DNA of 64,000 bases from an uncultured Polaromonas sp. (GCA_937863225.1 CALMEI010000063.1:2137-66136); one strand, 5' to 3'; counted from the stretch's first letter, positions 14,054 to 24,129 are shown. Numbers and translations are program-made. The notes: a model not told the origin generated them from the letters alone.

Positions 14054-14526
14054 TGCCAACGCCTGTCGTCACATTGTCATTGCAGTTTGCACGATTCCCC
14101 ACGGTTTCCGTGCACCGACAAGCGTTGGCACGTCACACAGTGGCGCGCTGTATCAAACACGCATTGCAAGCTGATGTTCAGAGTCTAGAAATCACCGTGC
14201 GCATAGTGGACGAAGCCGAAGGTCGCGCTTTGAATACCAGTTATCGCCACAAAGATTACGCCACCAATGTGCTGACTTTTGATTACAGCGCTGCGCCGCA
14301 TGTGAGTTGCGATATTGTTTTGTGTGCGCCTGTGGTTGAAAAAGAAGCACGAGACAATCGCAAAACATTGGCCGATCATTACGCCCACTTGTTGGTGCAT
14401 GGCGTGTTACACGCCCAAGGTTTTGACCACGAAACCAGCCCAGCCGATGCCGAAGTCATGGAAGCCCTGGAAGTACAGATATTGACCCAGCTGGGTATGG
14501 CCAATCCTTATGCGACCAATCCATAA
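14053..14526 (+). CDS. ybeY: rRNA maturation RNase YbeY
   Basis: HLLVHGVLHAQGFDHE zinc motif. The start overlaps the upstream stop (TAATG). Confidence 0.9.
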   Translation: MPTPVVTLSLQFARFPTVSVHRQALARHTVARCIKHALQADVQSLEITVRIVDEAEGRALNTSYRHKDYATNVLTFDYSAAPHVSCDIVLCAPVVEKEARDNRKTLADHYAHLLVHGVLHAQGFDHETSPADAEVMEALEVQILTQLGMANPYATNP

Positions 14527-14588
14527 CGGCAAACTCTTACGCATCGAACAAATAACAAGCGTAGAATAAAAACCAATTTGTTTGAGGA

Positions 14589-15080
14589 ATGCGCATGAGA
14601 ATGAACCCTATTTTGCGATTGGCGACCTTGTTGCTGGCTGCTTTGTCCTGTGCCTTTTTTATCAGCACGCCCGCATGGGCACAAAACACGGTGAATACGG
14701 AGCGCGCGGGCATCATGAAAACAGTGACAGGCGATGTCCGAGTGCGTGATGCACAAGGCGAACGCCCGCTGAAAAGCGGCGACGCCGTCAAAACGAATGA
14801 CCGCTTGATCAGCGGCAAGCAAAGCACCGCCAGCGTGGTTTTGCGCGATGGTACGACCTTGGTTTTAGCCGAAAATTCACAACTGGTGTTGGATCAATTT
14901 GCTTTCAACTCAACGACCCAAGATGGCAGCCTGCTCATCAACTTGCTGCAAGGCAGTATGCGCATGTTGACGGGTTTGATTGCCAAAGTGAATCCACAAG
15001 CCATTCAAATCAAAACCAAAACGGTCAGCGTCGGTATTCGCGGCACTGACTTTATTGTTGAAACTGACGACAAACCATAA
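14589..15080 (+). CDS. secreted FecR-domain protein
   Basis: Signal peptide ending in AWAQ and a FecR-like beta-rich domain. Alternative ATGs at 14595 and 14601 follow the GAGGA. Confidence 0.65.
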   Translation: MRMRMNPILRLATLLLAALSCAFFISTPAWAQNTVNTERAGIMKTVTGDVRVRDAQGERPLKSGDAVKTNDRLISGKQSTASVVLRDGTTLVLAENSQLVLDQFAFNSTTQDGSLLINLLQGSMRMLTGLIAKVNPQAIQIKTKTVSVGIRGTDFIVETDDKP

Positions 15081-15682
15081 TGGATATCATCTTCAACGCC
15101 GCTGTTGCCATTGTGATGGCAACGACTCTGATTTTGGGCTTGAATGCTCCCAAAACAACGGTCATCTTGCTCCCTCAAGCCGACGGTTCACCTTCTGCTG
15201 TGGAGGTGAAAACCACTAGCGACTCGCAAGTATTGCAAACCCCTTACCAGCGTGCAACGGCAAAAAGTGGACAAGCTTTGGCCATCGATGCCTTAGACAA
15301 AAATGCTGTGGCTGATCAATACCCCAGTCTGTTTTCTGCCATGCCCGCGCCCGCTAAAAAGTTTGTCCTTAACTTCATGCCAGGCGGCACAGAATTAACA
15401 CCGGCGTCTAAAGCTGCTTTGCCTGACATATTGGCAGATGCCAACAATCGATCAGGCGCTGATTTGGTGGTCACCGGTCACACCGACACCACGGGGGCAT
15501 TGTTGGCCAATGATGCGTTGTCTCTCAAACGCGCCGAGGTTGTGACCAAATTGCTCGTTGAAAGCGGTGCGCCTGCGGCTCGCATTGAATCGGTAGGCCG
15601 TGGCAAACGCGAATTGCTCATCAAGACCGAAGACAATGTAGACGAAGCGCAAAATCGCCGGGTTGAAATTTGGGTTCGCTAG
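15080..15682 (+). CDS. OmpA-family (OmpA/MotB C-terminal domain) protein with N-terminal TM
   Basis: VVTGHTDTTG...NDALSLKRAE...NRRVEIWV. The start overlaps the FecR-domain gene stop (TAATG). Confidence 0.8.
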   Translation: MDIIFNAAVAIVMATTLILGLNAPKTTVILLPQADGSPSAVEVKTTSDSQVLQTPYQRATAKSGQALAIDALDKNAVADQYPSLFSAMPAPAKKFVLNFMPGGTELTPASKAALPDILADANNRSGADLVVTGHTDTTGALLANDALSLKRAEVVTKLLVESGAPAARIESVGRGKRELLIKTEDNVDEAQNRRVEIWVR

Positions 15683-15729
15683 GCGAACCACAACCTTTGC
15701 AGACAACCACGCGTACAAGGCAAACAAAC

Positions 15730-16584
15730 ATGAAACCACTCAAAGGCGTCCGCATACTCAGTTTAAGCCTGAACTTGCCAGGGCCTGCGGCCTTGATGCG
15801 CTGCAAAAGCATGGGTGCCACCTGCGTCAAGCTAGAGCCCCCCAGTGGCGACCCCATGCAGAGCCACAGTGCACACGCATATCAGCACATGCACACGGGC
15901 ATACGCACCCTGAAGGCCGACTTAAAATCGGCCACTGGCCAGCGCGCGTTGCAACGCGAATTGGCAAAAACCGATGTCTTGCTCACCTCCTTTCGGCCCT
16001 CGGCTTTGGACAAGTTGGGGCTGTCTTGGAAAGCACTGCACAAGGCTTACCCCAAGCTCAGCATGGTTGCCATTGTGGGTGCACCGGGTGCATTGGCTGA
16101 AATTCCAGGTCATGATTTAACCTACATGGCTGAAAACGATTTGGTCACAGGCTTGGAATTACCCGCCAGCCTTTACGCCGACATGGGTGGCTCGTTAATG
16201 GCCAGCGAAGCCGTGTTGCAAGCCGTTTTGACGCAGCGCAACCAAGACAAAGGCGTTTATCAAACCGTCTCACTGAGCCAAGCCGCCGCCTACTTAGGCC
16301 TGCCACGCGTGTGGGGTTTAACCTTGCCCAAATCCATCATAGGCGGTGCACATGCGGGCTACCGCGTCTACCCTTGCAAAAATGGCCGCGTTGCAGTTGC
16401 CGCCCTAGAGCCGCATTTCGCAGCATCGCTGTGCGCCGTGGTGGGCATCAAAATGACCAGCAGCAAAACCATGTTCACCCCCGCCACCCACCAAGCCATC
16501 GCCACATGGCTGGCCACACAAACGCGCCAACAACTGAACGCATTGGCCAAACAACACGACCTGCCTCTGCATACGCTACTTTAG
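15730..16584 (+). CDS. short family III CoA-transferase (CaiB/BaiF-like)
   Basis: ATG at 15730 inside ORF 15670..16584. KGVRILSLSLNLPGP...LEPPSGD...GHDLTYMA. About 284 aa, shorter than the typical family member. Confidence 0.65.
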   Translation: MKPLKGVRILSLSLNLPGPAALMRCKSMGATCVKLEPPSGDPMQSHSAHAYQHMHTGIRTLKADLKSATGQRALQRELAKTDVLLTSFRPSALDKLGLSWKALHKAYPKLSMVAIVGAPGALAEIPGHDLTYMAENDLVTGLELPASLYADMGGSLMASEAVLQAVLTQRNQDKGVYQTVSLSQAAAYLGLPRVWGLTLPKSIIGGAHAGYRVYPCKNGRVAVAALEPHFAASLCAVVGIKMTSSKTMFTPATHQAIATWLATQTRQQLNALAKQHDLPLHTLL

Positions 16585-16588
16585 TGTA

Positions 16589-16655
16589 TTTTATATATCA
16601 AATCTGGCTGTAGGCGGCGTATTGATTGCCTAGAGTGCTATTTAATTTATAGCAA
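16589..16655. repeat. dispersed 65-70 bp repeat family, intergenic copy
   Basis: ...ATCTGGCTGTAGGCGGCGTATTGATTGCCTAGAGTGCTATTTAATTTATAGCAA lies between two convergent stop codons (16584 and 16664). Confidence 0.85.
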
Positions 16656-16663
16656 TCTAGAAA

Positions 16664-17305
16664 CTACGGGCACGTATATTTTGTTGGCGATCTGAACGAC
16701 ATGCCTGACAGTGCTGCGTTGTATTGCATATAACGAATAAGCCGGTCTTTGGTACTGGTATTCATTGCTTCCATTTGTTTCGATATCTTATAGCTTTCAT
16801 CACGATTTGGGTTATAGGCATCACCCAAACACTTTGTGGCAAGCATTAATTCGTCCTCGAGTTTTTGTAACGCAACTTTGTCATTCAGGTCAACCAATAG
16901 CGTCTTCTGAAATGCCGCAGCTTTTAACATTGCTGAGCTTTTTTGTTGATCTGTCATGGGTTGTGCGGCAATCCAAGCCTCCATGTCATCGCGCACACCG
17001 TTTAGGTTTTGGTCTGCGCCCTTGATGTCTTTGGAGACGTCTATTTTGGGCAGCTTTCCTCTGGCCTGCATGTCTTTGACTTCGCCTCTTAAATCCATAT
17101 CAGCAGGCAAGGGATCTACTTGCGCAGTTTGCTGATATGTGGTGGCGCTTGCACCTGACTGTGGGCTTGCTGTAGTTCGCGGCAGCATCTCGACGGGTGC
17201 AGTGTCATCCGTGCTGAAACTGCACCATGCCAAGCCTAGACAGGCAAGGACTATCGCCAAATAGGGTGCGGCTTTGCGTAAGATTATGGGATTAGATGTA
17301 GCCAT
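16664..17305 (-). CDS. hypothetical lipoprotein/secreted protein, partner of the upstream hydrolase
   Basis: N-terminal hydrophobic segment with LAIVLAC (lipobox-like). AT-rich relative to neighbours. No family recognised. Confidence 0.55.
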   Translation of the reverse strand: MATSNPIILRKAAPYLAIVLACLGLAWCSFSTDDTAPVEMLPRTTASPQSGASATTYQQTAQVDPLPADMDLRGEVKDMQARGKLPKIDVSKDIKGADQNLNGVRDDMEAWIAAQPMTDQQKSSAMLKAAAFQKTLLVDLNDKVALQKLEDELMLATKCLGDAYNPNRDESYKISKQMEAMNTSTKDRLIRYMQYNAALSGMSFRSPTKYTCP

Positions 17306-17362
17306 ATTTGTTCATTTTGTATTTGGTTTTGCTGGTTACTTGCTAGATGCTGGTTGCTTGTT

Positions 17363-18760
17363 TCAGTTTCTCACACGTTCGATAGCCGCATCAATCATTG
17401 CTATCACCTGGGCATAGGCGTTGTATGCTTTGTTCAAATAAGTGCCGAGGAAGCCATGTCCAGACCAATCGCCCCGTGGCACCGAAGCATATGCGAGATC
17501 AGCACATGGCGGTGTCTCAGGACTCACTGGGGTATCAAAGCACGCAGGATCCAATGAGAGAATTCCTAAATCAATATTTGATGGACGCAATGAAGTACCT
17601 AATGCGCGTAAGCCCTTGTTAATAACACTGTCCGTATTAGACAAAATATAGTTATTTCCAATAAGACTTGAAGTTGGTGGGGCAATGTGCACCACTTCTA
17701 TCTTGACTGGTGGCGTTAGGCCTTGCATGCCAGCATACGCCGCATTTGCAAAAAAATTACCTTGTGAATGCGCAACAAATACCATGCCTTTGACAGTATC
17801 GGCATAGGATTTGAGTGTTGCGATGTGACCAGCGGTGTCTGATACTGTGGGTGGTTTGGTGACCAGTTTTAACAACCGATTCACCCACCATGAATTTTGG
17901 AGTTTATCGGCAATCAGATCTGCGAATTGACCAAGTGCCAAGCGAACGGACTCATTTTTACGCTCCGAAATCAGTTTCATGGTTACGGAGCCTGGGTTCA
18001 CGTAACTGCCATTCATGATTTCTGAGAACACCACCGCACCCCAATCATCGAAGCGTTTTTCAACACGCTCTTTAAGCTGATCGTATAACTCGATAAAGTC
18101 TTGTAAACAATCTATTTTCCCACCCAAACCATCAGGCGTACAGCCAGATTGGTTTAAAAACCTCGCATAAATGAGAGGTCTTTCGGTGGTGCTAGGGAAT
18201 TCAGCTTCTAACCTATCTATGCTAGCAGTAGCATCATCACTCGAATTCAACACACCATTGAAAAAGCCTAGGAGGGTGGGGAGATTATTTTCGCAGACGA
18301 GGTAAATGCTGAAATAACCGTAGTCCTGCACGGTTGTGAATTTCTGGACTAGTTTCTGTCCGTCAGGGCATGTACGTTTTTGAAGATCACGTCGAAACGA
18401 TAGCCTTGGATAAGTAGGATCAGTGGTCGAATATTCAAATGAGCAGTAATACGCCCCCCAACCTAATCCTGTACTGCTATCAATGAACTCGCCAACTGTA
18501 GCCGTTGTTGGAGGTAAATTACTAGTAATACCGTATGTTGCGTCAAAAGCAACAATAGCTTTATTGCAAGTGGTTTGTCGATCTGTAGAAATCGCCATGT
18601 CATACCCATTTAATGGTGTAGTTAGGTCGAAGAAATAGAACGTCGTAGTTTGCGCTGTAGCAGCACAAGCAAATAATAAAAATGGTAATAGCGCCAGCTT
18701 CTTACAATAGCAAATTAACCGAGATATAACTGAGTGCTGAGTGCTGAGTGCTGACCACAT
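17363..18760 (-). CDS. secreted alpha/beta-hydrolase-like protein (putative lipase/esterase)
   Basis: Signal-peptide-like LALLPFLLFACAATAQT and a VFVAHSQGN nucleophile-elbow-like motif. AT-rich codon usage by eye. Confidence 0.55.
   Translation of the reverse strand: MWSALSTQHSVISRLICYCKKLALLPFLLFACAATAQTTTFYFFDLTTPLNGYDMAISTDRQTTCNKAIVAFDATYGITSNLPPTTATVGEFIDSSTGLGWGAYYCSFEYSTTDPTYPRLSFRRDLQKRTCPDGQKLVQKFTTVQDYGYFSIYLVCENNLPTLLGFFNGVLNSSDDATASIDRLEAEFPSTTERPLIYARFLNQSGCTPDGLGGKIDCLQDFIELYDQLKERVEKRFDDWGAVVFSEIMNGSYVNPGSVTMKLISERKNESVRLALGQFADLIADKLQNSWWVNRLLKLVTKPPTVSDTAGHIATLKSYADTVKGMVFVAHSQGNFFANAAYAGMQGLTPPVKIEVVHIAPPTSSLIGNNYILSNTDSVINKGLRALGTSLRPSNIDLGILSLDPACFDTPVSPETPPCADLAYASVPRGDWSGHGFLGTYLNKAYNAYAQVIAMIDAAIERVRN
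18731..18754. repeat. heptanucleotide tandem repeat (TGAGTGC x3.4) at the 5' end of the hydrolase gene
   Basis: The repeat is read directly as tgagtgc tgagtgc tgagtgc tga, and lies at codons 3-10 of ORF 17363..18760. Confidence 0.9.
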
Positions 18761-18993
18761 GATGCTCCTTGTTTTTTGTGCAAGTGTATGCTTGATTTTT
18801 ATTTCGTTGCAACTTTAGCTTGCTTATAACTTTGCGCTGTTTCGCATATGTTTCGTATTAGCAACGCCGTTGCAGGCGAACGAAAACTTTGGTTTTAAGA
18901 TGCGTTTGCTGATTAACGGCTTTGGCTACACAGCATCACCGGTAGCATGGTGGAGCAATACATTTGTGATGCTGGTTGGCTAGCGCTTGGCTG

Positions 18994-19061
18994 AAAATAT
19001 ATGAAAAATTGGCCTGTAGGCGGCGTATTGATTGCCTAGAGTGCTATTTAATTTATAGCAA
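18994..19061. repeat. dispersed 65-70 bp repeat family, intergenic copy
   Basis: AAAATATATGAAAAATTGGCCTGTAGGCGGCGTATTGATTGCCTAGAGTGCTATTTAATTTATAGCAA. 48 nt are identical to the copy at 16608-16655. Confidence 0.85.
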
Positions 19062-19149
19062 ATCAATTGCTGCCGCTAAAAATTTTTCTCAGCGATGAAT
19101 GCTGAAGCTGAACAATACGGGTAGTCGATTTAGCGGGTTGTGGGTTGTA

Positions 19150-20412
19150 TTAGCGCAGCGTCACTTTGGCGAACTTGCGTTTGCCAACTTGAAGCACGTA
19201 CACACCTGCGCCCAGTTTGAGGCCTTTGTCGCTGACGACGTTTGAATCGATGCGCACGCCACCGCCGTCGATGAGGCGGTTGCCTTCGCCGCTGGGGGGG
19301 GCTAAGTTCGCTTGTTTTAAAAACGCGGCAATGCCCACAGGGGCGCCGCCTTCTGCCAGTGGCAATGTTATTTCTGCGATGTCATCCGGTATACCGCCGC
19401 GCGAACGGTTGATGAAGTCTTGCTCTGCCGTGTCGGCCGCTGCCGCGTTGTGAAAGCGGGTGGTGATTTCTTTGGCCAGCATGACTTTGGCGTCTTTGGG
19501 GTTGCGGCCGGCGGCCACTTCCGCTTGCAAGGCCGTAATCTCCATCTCGGATTTGAAGCTCAATAGCGTGTACCAACGCCACATTAACACGTCTGAAATG
19601 CTCAGCACTTTGGCAAACATGGTGTTGGCGTCTTCTGAAATGCCGATGTAGTTGTTTTTACTTTTCGACATTTTTTCCACGCCGTCGGTGCCTTCTAACA
19701 AGGGCATGGTCAGCACACATTGCGGCTCTTGGCCGTATTCTGCTTGCAGATGGCGGCCCATCAGCAAGTTGAATTTTTGGTCAGTGCCGCCCAGTTCTAA
19801 GTCGCTTTTTAGCGCGACGGAATCGTAGCCTTGCATCAGCGGGTATAAAAACTCATGCACACTGATGGGTGTGCCTGCTTTAAAGCGGTCGTGAAAATCG
19901 TTGCGCTCCATCATGCGGGCCACCGTGTATTTGGCTGATAACGCGATCATGCCGCGCGAACCCAAAGCATCACCCCATTCGCTGTTGTAGCGGATTTCGG
20001 TTTTGCTGGGGTCCAACACCATTGACGCTTGGCGGTAATAGGTTTGTGCGTTGGCTTCGATTTGCTCTTTGGTGAGCGGTGGCCGTGTGCTGTTACGGCC
20101 AGAGGGGTCGCCAATCAAACTGGTGAAGTCGCCAATTAAAAAGATGACGGTGTGCCCCAAGTCTTGCAGCTGTCGCATTTTGTTCAGCACCACCGTGTGG
20201 CCAATGTGAATATCGGGCGCGGTGGGGTCCAGGCCGAGTTTGATGCGCAGCGGGGTTTTGGTGGCTTCAGAGCGCTGCAGCTTTTTGATCCAATCGATTT
20301 GCGGAATCAATTCTTCACAGCCGCGCAAACTCACTGCCAATGCGTGCTTCACACCGTCGGACATGGTGTTCAAAGCATTTGTTTGAGATTCGGTGCTAGG
20401 CGATTGATTCAT
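19150..20412 (-). CDS. tyrS: tyrosine--tRNA ligase
   Basis: DIHIGHTV (HIGH) and KMSKS motifs plus a C-terminal S4-like domain. An alternative ATG lies at 20364. Confidence 0.95.
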   Translation of the reverse strand: MNQSPSTESQTNALNTMSDGVKHALAVSLRGCEELIPQIDWIKKLQRSEATKTPLRIKLGLDPTAPDIHIGHTVVLNKMRQLQDLGHTVIFLIGDFTSLIGDPSGRNSTRPPLTKEQIEANAQTYYRQASMVLDPSKTEIRYNSEWGDALGSRGMIALSAKYTVARMMERNDFHDRFKAGTPISVHEFLYPLMQGYDSVALKSDLELGGTDQKFNLLMGRHLQAEYGQEPQCVLTMPLLEGTDGVEKMSKSKNNYIGISEDANTMFAKVLSISDVLMWRWYTLLSFKSEMEITALQAEVAAGRNPKDAKVMLAKEITTRFHNAAAADTAEQDFINRSRGGIPDDIAEITLPLAEGGAPVGIAAFLKQANLAPPSGEGNRLIDGGGVRIDSNVVSDKGLKLGAGVYVLQVGKRKFAKVTLR

Positions 20413-20546
20413 ATAAATATTTTGTTAAAAAAGACCGTCTACGCGTTATACTGTGCGCTTTCGTCCAAAAGCAGGCTCTCAAAAGAAGACTAAAACTGAT
20501 TTGGTTTGTATTTTAACTTTCTCTGCTATCCGTCTTGTACCGCCAC

Positions 20547-21884
20547 ATGTTTTTAAAACAGTTCGCATCCCTCATTCATCAGCACCCCAAGCGTTTGGCT
20601 GCGCTGGCTGCTGCATTGTTGTTGTCGATAGGTGGTGGCGCTTATGCGGTGGTGACCCTGGAAGAAAATGCCAACCCTGTGCTGGTGCGTGACATTCTTG
20701 AAACTATACAAAACGTCAATGCGCAGGGTCAAGCGACAAATTACCAAGCTGCGACACCCCTGACAGCCATGACTTTGGTGCGCTCTACCAGCACTCGCGC
20801 AAATGATACGGTCGACATACTGCTGAAACGCTTGGGTATTTTTGATACCGCAGCATCCGCCTATTTACGCAGCAACCCGGAGGTACAAAAAGCCTTGTTC
20901 AGCCGTGCCGGACGCATGGTTAATGCACAAGCCACCGCCAACAATGCCTTGTTAGATTTAACCGTGCGTTGGGTCGAGAAAGACGATACCCGTGTGTTTC
21001 AGCGTATGCACATCAAGCAAACGCAAAATGGGTTTTCTACAGTGGTTGAAACGGCCCCACTGGTTGTCAACCACACGGTGGCTGGTGGCGTGATTGAGTC
21101 ATCCTTGTTTGCAGCCACCGATGCCTCCAATGTACCCGATGCAGTTGCGGTGCAATTTGCAGAATTGTTTGCGGGTGACATTGATTTCAGACGCGCATTG
21201 CGCAAGGGCGATCGTTTCCAAATGGTTTACGAAACATTGCAAGCCGACGACGAAACGATAGGCGCCGGTCAACTGTTGAGTGCCGAATTCGTCAATGCTG
21301 GCAAATTGCACCAAGCCATGTGGTTTCAAGAATCAGGTGGCAAAGGACAGTATTACTCGTTAGAAGGCTTGAGCTTACGCAAAGCGTTTTTAACATCCCC
21401 ATTGAAGTACACCCGCGTGTCCAGCGGTTTTGGTATTCGTGTGCATCCCATTTCCAGAGACAAACGTGCGCACAAAGGCATCGACTATGCTGCGCCCACA
21501 GGCACTCCTGTTCGTACTGTGGGAGACGGAACCGTCGCCTTTGCTGGTGTGCAACGCGGTTACGGTAATGTGATTGAAGTGGCGCATCGCGACAACAAAA
21601 CCACTGTGTTCGCCCATTTGAGCCGCATCGATGTGAAAAAAGGCCAGAAGGTCGAACAGGGTGCGGTGATCGGTGCAGTGGGTTCGACTGGCTTTAGCAC
21701 TGGGCCGCATTTGCATTTTGAATTCCGAGTGGATGGCGAACATCAAGATCCTTTAACCATTGCCAATGAACGCAACACGCAGCCCATTTCTGCGGCCGCT
21801 AAACCTGCGTTTGACAAGGCTGCCTCTGTCTTGAAGCTGCAGCTCAAAGATGCGAGCACCATCGTACAAGCCCGCGCACAGTAG
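20547..21884 (+). CDS. M23-family peptidoglycan DD-metalloendopeptidase
   Basis: HKGIDYAAPTGTPV and GSTGFSTGPHLHFE motifs. ATG at 20547 inside ORF 20535..21884. Confidence 0.85.
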   Translation: MFLKQFASLIHQHPKRLAALAAALLLSIGGGAYAVVTLEENANPVLVRDILETIQNVNAQGQATNYQAATPLTAMTLVRSTSTRANDTVDILLKRLGIFDTAASAYLRSNPEVQKALFSRAGRMVNAQATANNALLDLTVRWVEKDDTRVFQRMHIKQTQNGFSTVVETAPLVVNHTVAGGVIESSLFAATDASNVPDAVAVQFAELFAGDIDFRRALRKGDRFQMVYETLQADDETIGAGQLLSAEFVNAGKLHQAMWFQESGGKGQYYSLEGLSLRKAFLTSPLKYTRVSSGFGIRVHPISRDKRAHKGIDYAAPTGTPVRTVGDGTVAFAGVQRGYGNVIEVAHRDNKTTVFAHLSRIDVKKGQKVEQGAVIGAVGSTGFSTGPHLHFEFRVDGEHQDPLTIANERNTQPISAAAKPAFDKAASVLKLQLKDASTIVQARAQ

Positions 21885-21917
21885 GGTTCACGCTGAATTG
21901 TTTCTGAGTCCACCACG

Positions 21918-23042
21918 ATGATGGGTGACGACCTTTACATTGGTTTGATGTCTGGCACCTCGTTAGACGGTGTAGATGGTGTAATTTACGATTTGTCATC
22001 GCTCCCGCCGCATGTCGTTGCACACGCCAATGCGCCCATGCCACACACACTGCGCAACGAACTGCTGGCGCTCAATGCAGCCAGCGAAAATGAATTGCAC
22101 CGCGCGGCATTGGCCGCCAATGCTCTGGTGCATGTTTACGCAACAGTGGTGAATCAGTTGCTCCACCAAGCCAATCTCAATGCACGCCATATCCAGGCAA
22201 TTGGGGCACACGGACAAACCGTCAGGCACCGCCCTGCTGAGTTTGATGGCACTGGCTACACCATCCAATTGAACAACCCTGCGTTACTCGCCGAGTTAAC
22301 AGGCATTGATGTGGTGGCTGATTTCAGAAGCCGAGACGTCGCTGCAGGCGGTCAAGGCGCGCCATTGGTGCCCGCCTTCCATCAAGCGATTTTTGCAACA
22401 CAAGCCCCCAATGCGGTGGTACTGAATATGGGTGGCATTTCTAATCTGAGCGTGTTGGGCGCAAGTGATCAGGCAGAACCCATGCTTGGTTTTGATTGTG
22501 GCCCCGGCAATGCGCTGATGGACCATTGGTGTCACACGCACACAGGTCAGTCTTTTGATGCCGATGGTGCTTGGGCGGCATCGGGTCAGGTGAACAATGA
22601 AGTGTTACGCAAATTGATGTCAGAACCATTCATCGAAGCACTGCCCCCTAAAAGTACAGGACGTGATTTGTTCAACCCAGCTTGGCTTGCACAGCAGCTC
22701 AAAGGGTATGAAACACTGGCACCGAATGATGTTCAAGCCACGTTAACTGAGTTCACCGCACAAACTTGCGCCAGCAATGTCCGCCATTTTGCAAAGCCAT
22801 GCAAAACCTTGATTGTGTGCGGCGGCGGGGCGCTCAATGGGCATCTGATGCGCAACTTGCAAGCCGCTTTACCTGAAATAAATGTGTCCCGATCCGATGC
22901 CTACGGCTTGTCACCTTTGCAAGTGGAAGCGGCGGCGTTTGCATGGTTGGCCCGAAAAATGTTGCGGCGCGAAACGGCCAGCTTTAAAAATGTGACAGGG
23001 GCACAAGGCCCCCGTATCTTAGGTGCGCTTTATCCAGCGTGA
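21918..23042 (+). CDS. anmK: anhydro-N-acetylmuramic acid kinase
   Basis: YIGLMSGTSLDGVD N-terminus with AnmK-like sequence throughout. Confidence 0.9.
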   Translation: MMGDDLYIGLMSGTSLDGVDGVIYDLSSLPPHVVAHANAPMPHTLRNELLALNAASENELHRAALAANALVHVYATVVNQLLHQANLNARHIQAIGAHGQTVRHRPAEFDGTGYTIQLNNPALLAELTGIDVVADFRSRDVAAGGQGAPLVPAFHQAIFATQAPNAVVLNMGGISNLSVLGASDQAEPMLGFDCGPGNALMDHWCHTHTGQSFDADGAWAASGQVNNEVLRKLMSEPFIEALPPKSTGRDLFNPAWLAQQLKGYETLAPNDVQATLTEFTAQTCASNVRHFAKPCKTLIVCGGGALNGHLMRNLQAALPEINVSRSDAYGLSPLQVEAAAFAWLARKMLRRETASFKNVTGAQGPRILGALYPA

Positions 23043-23055
23043 TTAAACCGTGGAA

Positions 23056-23439
23056 TTAAGCGCTGAAACTCGAACCACAGCCGCAAGTGGTCGTGGCATT
23101 TGGGTTTTTAATGACGAATTGTGCCCCAGTCAAGTCTTCTTTGTAGTCAATCTCTGCACCCACCAAATATTGGTAGCTCATGGCGTCAATCAATAAAGAC
23201 ACGCCATTCTTGGTCATTGTCGTGTCGTCCTCGTTGGTCACTTCATCAAATGTAAAGCCGTACTGAAAACCTGAACAGCCGCCACCCTGCACAAACACGC
23301 GCAGCTTCAAATCTGGGTTGCCTTCTTCAGCGATCAAATCAGCCACTTTGGCTGCCGCATTGTCGGTAAAAACAATGGGGTCTGGCATGACAGGCATCGA
23401 TGTGTCTGTGTTTGGAGTGGCTTGGGCTACTGCGTTCAT
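23056..23439 (-). CDS. erpA: iron-sulfur cluster insertion protein ErpA
   Basis: [11 protein letters not shown] and C-terminal CGCGSSFS motifs. ATG at 23439 inside ORF 23056..23457. Confidence 0.9.
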   Translation of the reverse strand: MNAVAQATPNTDTSMPVMPDPIVFTDNAAAKVADLIAEEGNPDLKLRVFVQGGGCSGFQYGFTFDEVTNEDDTTMTKNGVSLLIDAMSYQYLVGAEIDYKEDLTGAQFVIKNPNATTTCGCGSSFSA

Positions 23440-23595
23440 GTTTCTTCTCCTTGACAAGCCTTATTGAAGGCCAAAGCTTGCATTGGTTGACTGATAGATA
23501 GTGTACTGATTTTATCGGGATTAGCCAGAGACTCAAATTACCCCACCGAGTACCCCTATGGTTTCTGGTTTTATTACCTGCTTCGGTCAGTTTAA

Positions 23596-24024
23596 TCAAT
23601 GATGGCTTGAGGCATCGTTGTTGTTACCGTTGGATTCCAAGATCAAAGGCGCTTTGTGATCAGAGCCGACTTCTTGTAGCGAGGGTTGCAACAAGCCCGT
23701 GATCACGGCGCCTTGGTGCATTTCAAGCGCGGTGTAGTACACATCGCCCACAATCTTGGCTTTGGGTTGCAGTTCCAACATGATTTTGGCGTACACCGGA
23801 CCATCAACACAACCATTGATGATCACATGGTCGGCAAAGATACTGCCTGTGATGTGTGCGGTTTCGGAAATGACCAAAATACTGGAATGTGCGGGGTCTG
23901 ATCGCACATCCCCTGTTATCACACCGTCGACACGCAAACCGTCCGAAAATTTGATGTTACCTTCGATGTGACTGCCGATTGCAATCAAGCTTTTGATGGG
24001 GGGTTGTTTCTTTTTTGCGAACAT
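23596..24024 (-). CDS. bactofilin-family polymer-forming protein
   Basis: Repetitive beta-helix-type sequence (GNIKFSDGLRVDGVITGDV...IINGCVDGPV...IVGDVYY). Confidence 0.8.
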   Translation of the reverse strand: MFAKKKQPPIKSLIAIGSHIEGNIKFSDGLRVDGVITGDVRSDPAHSSILVISETAHITGSIFADHVIINGCVDGPVYAKIMLELQPKAKIVGDVYYTALEMHQGAVITGLLQPSLQEVGSDHKAPLILESNGNNNDASSHH

Positions 24025-24129
24025 ATCAGACGCCCTGTACCTGTTTGGTTGTTAACTGAGAATAAAGTGTAGCAAGCATTAGCATAGATAAGCAAACTAA
24101 ATTGCAGGCTTAATTATTATGAAATTGTT

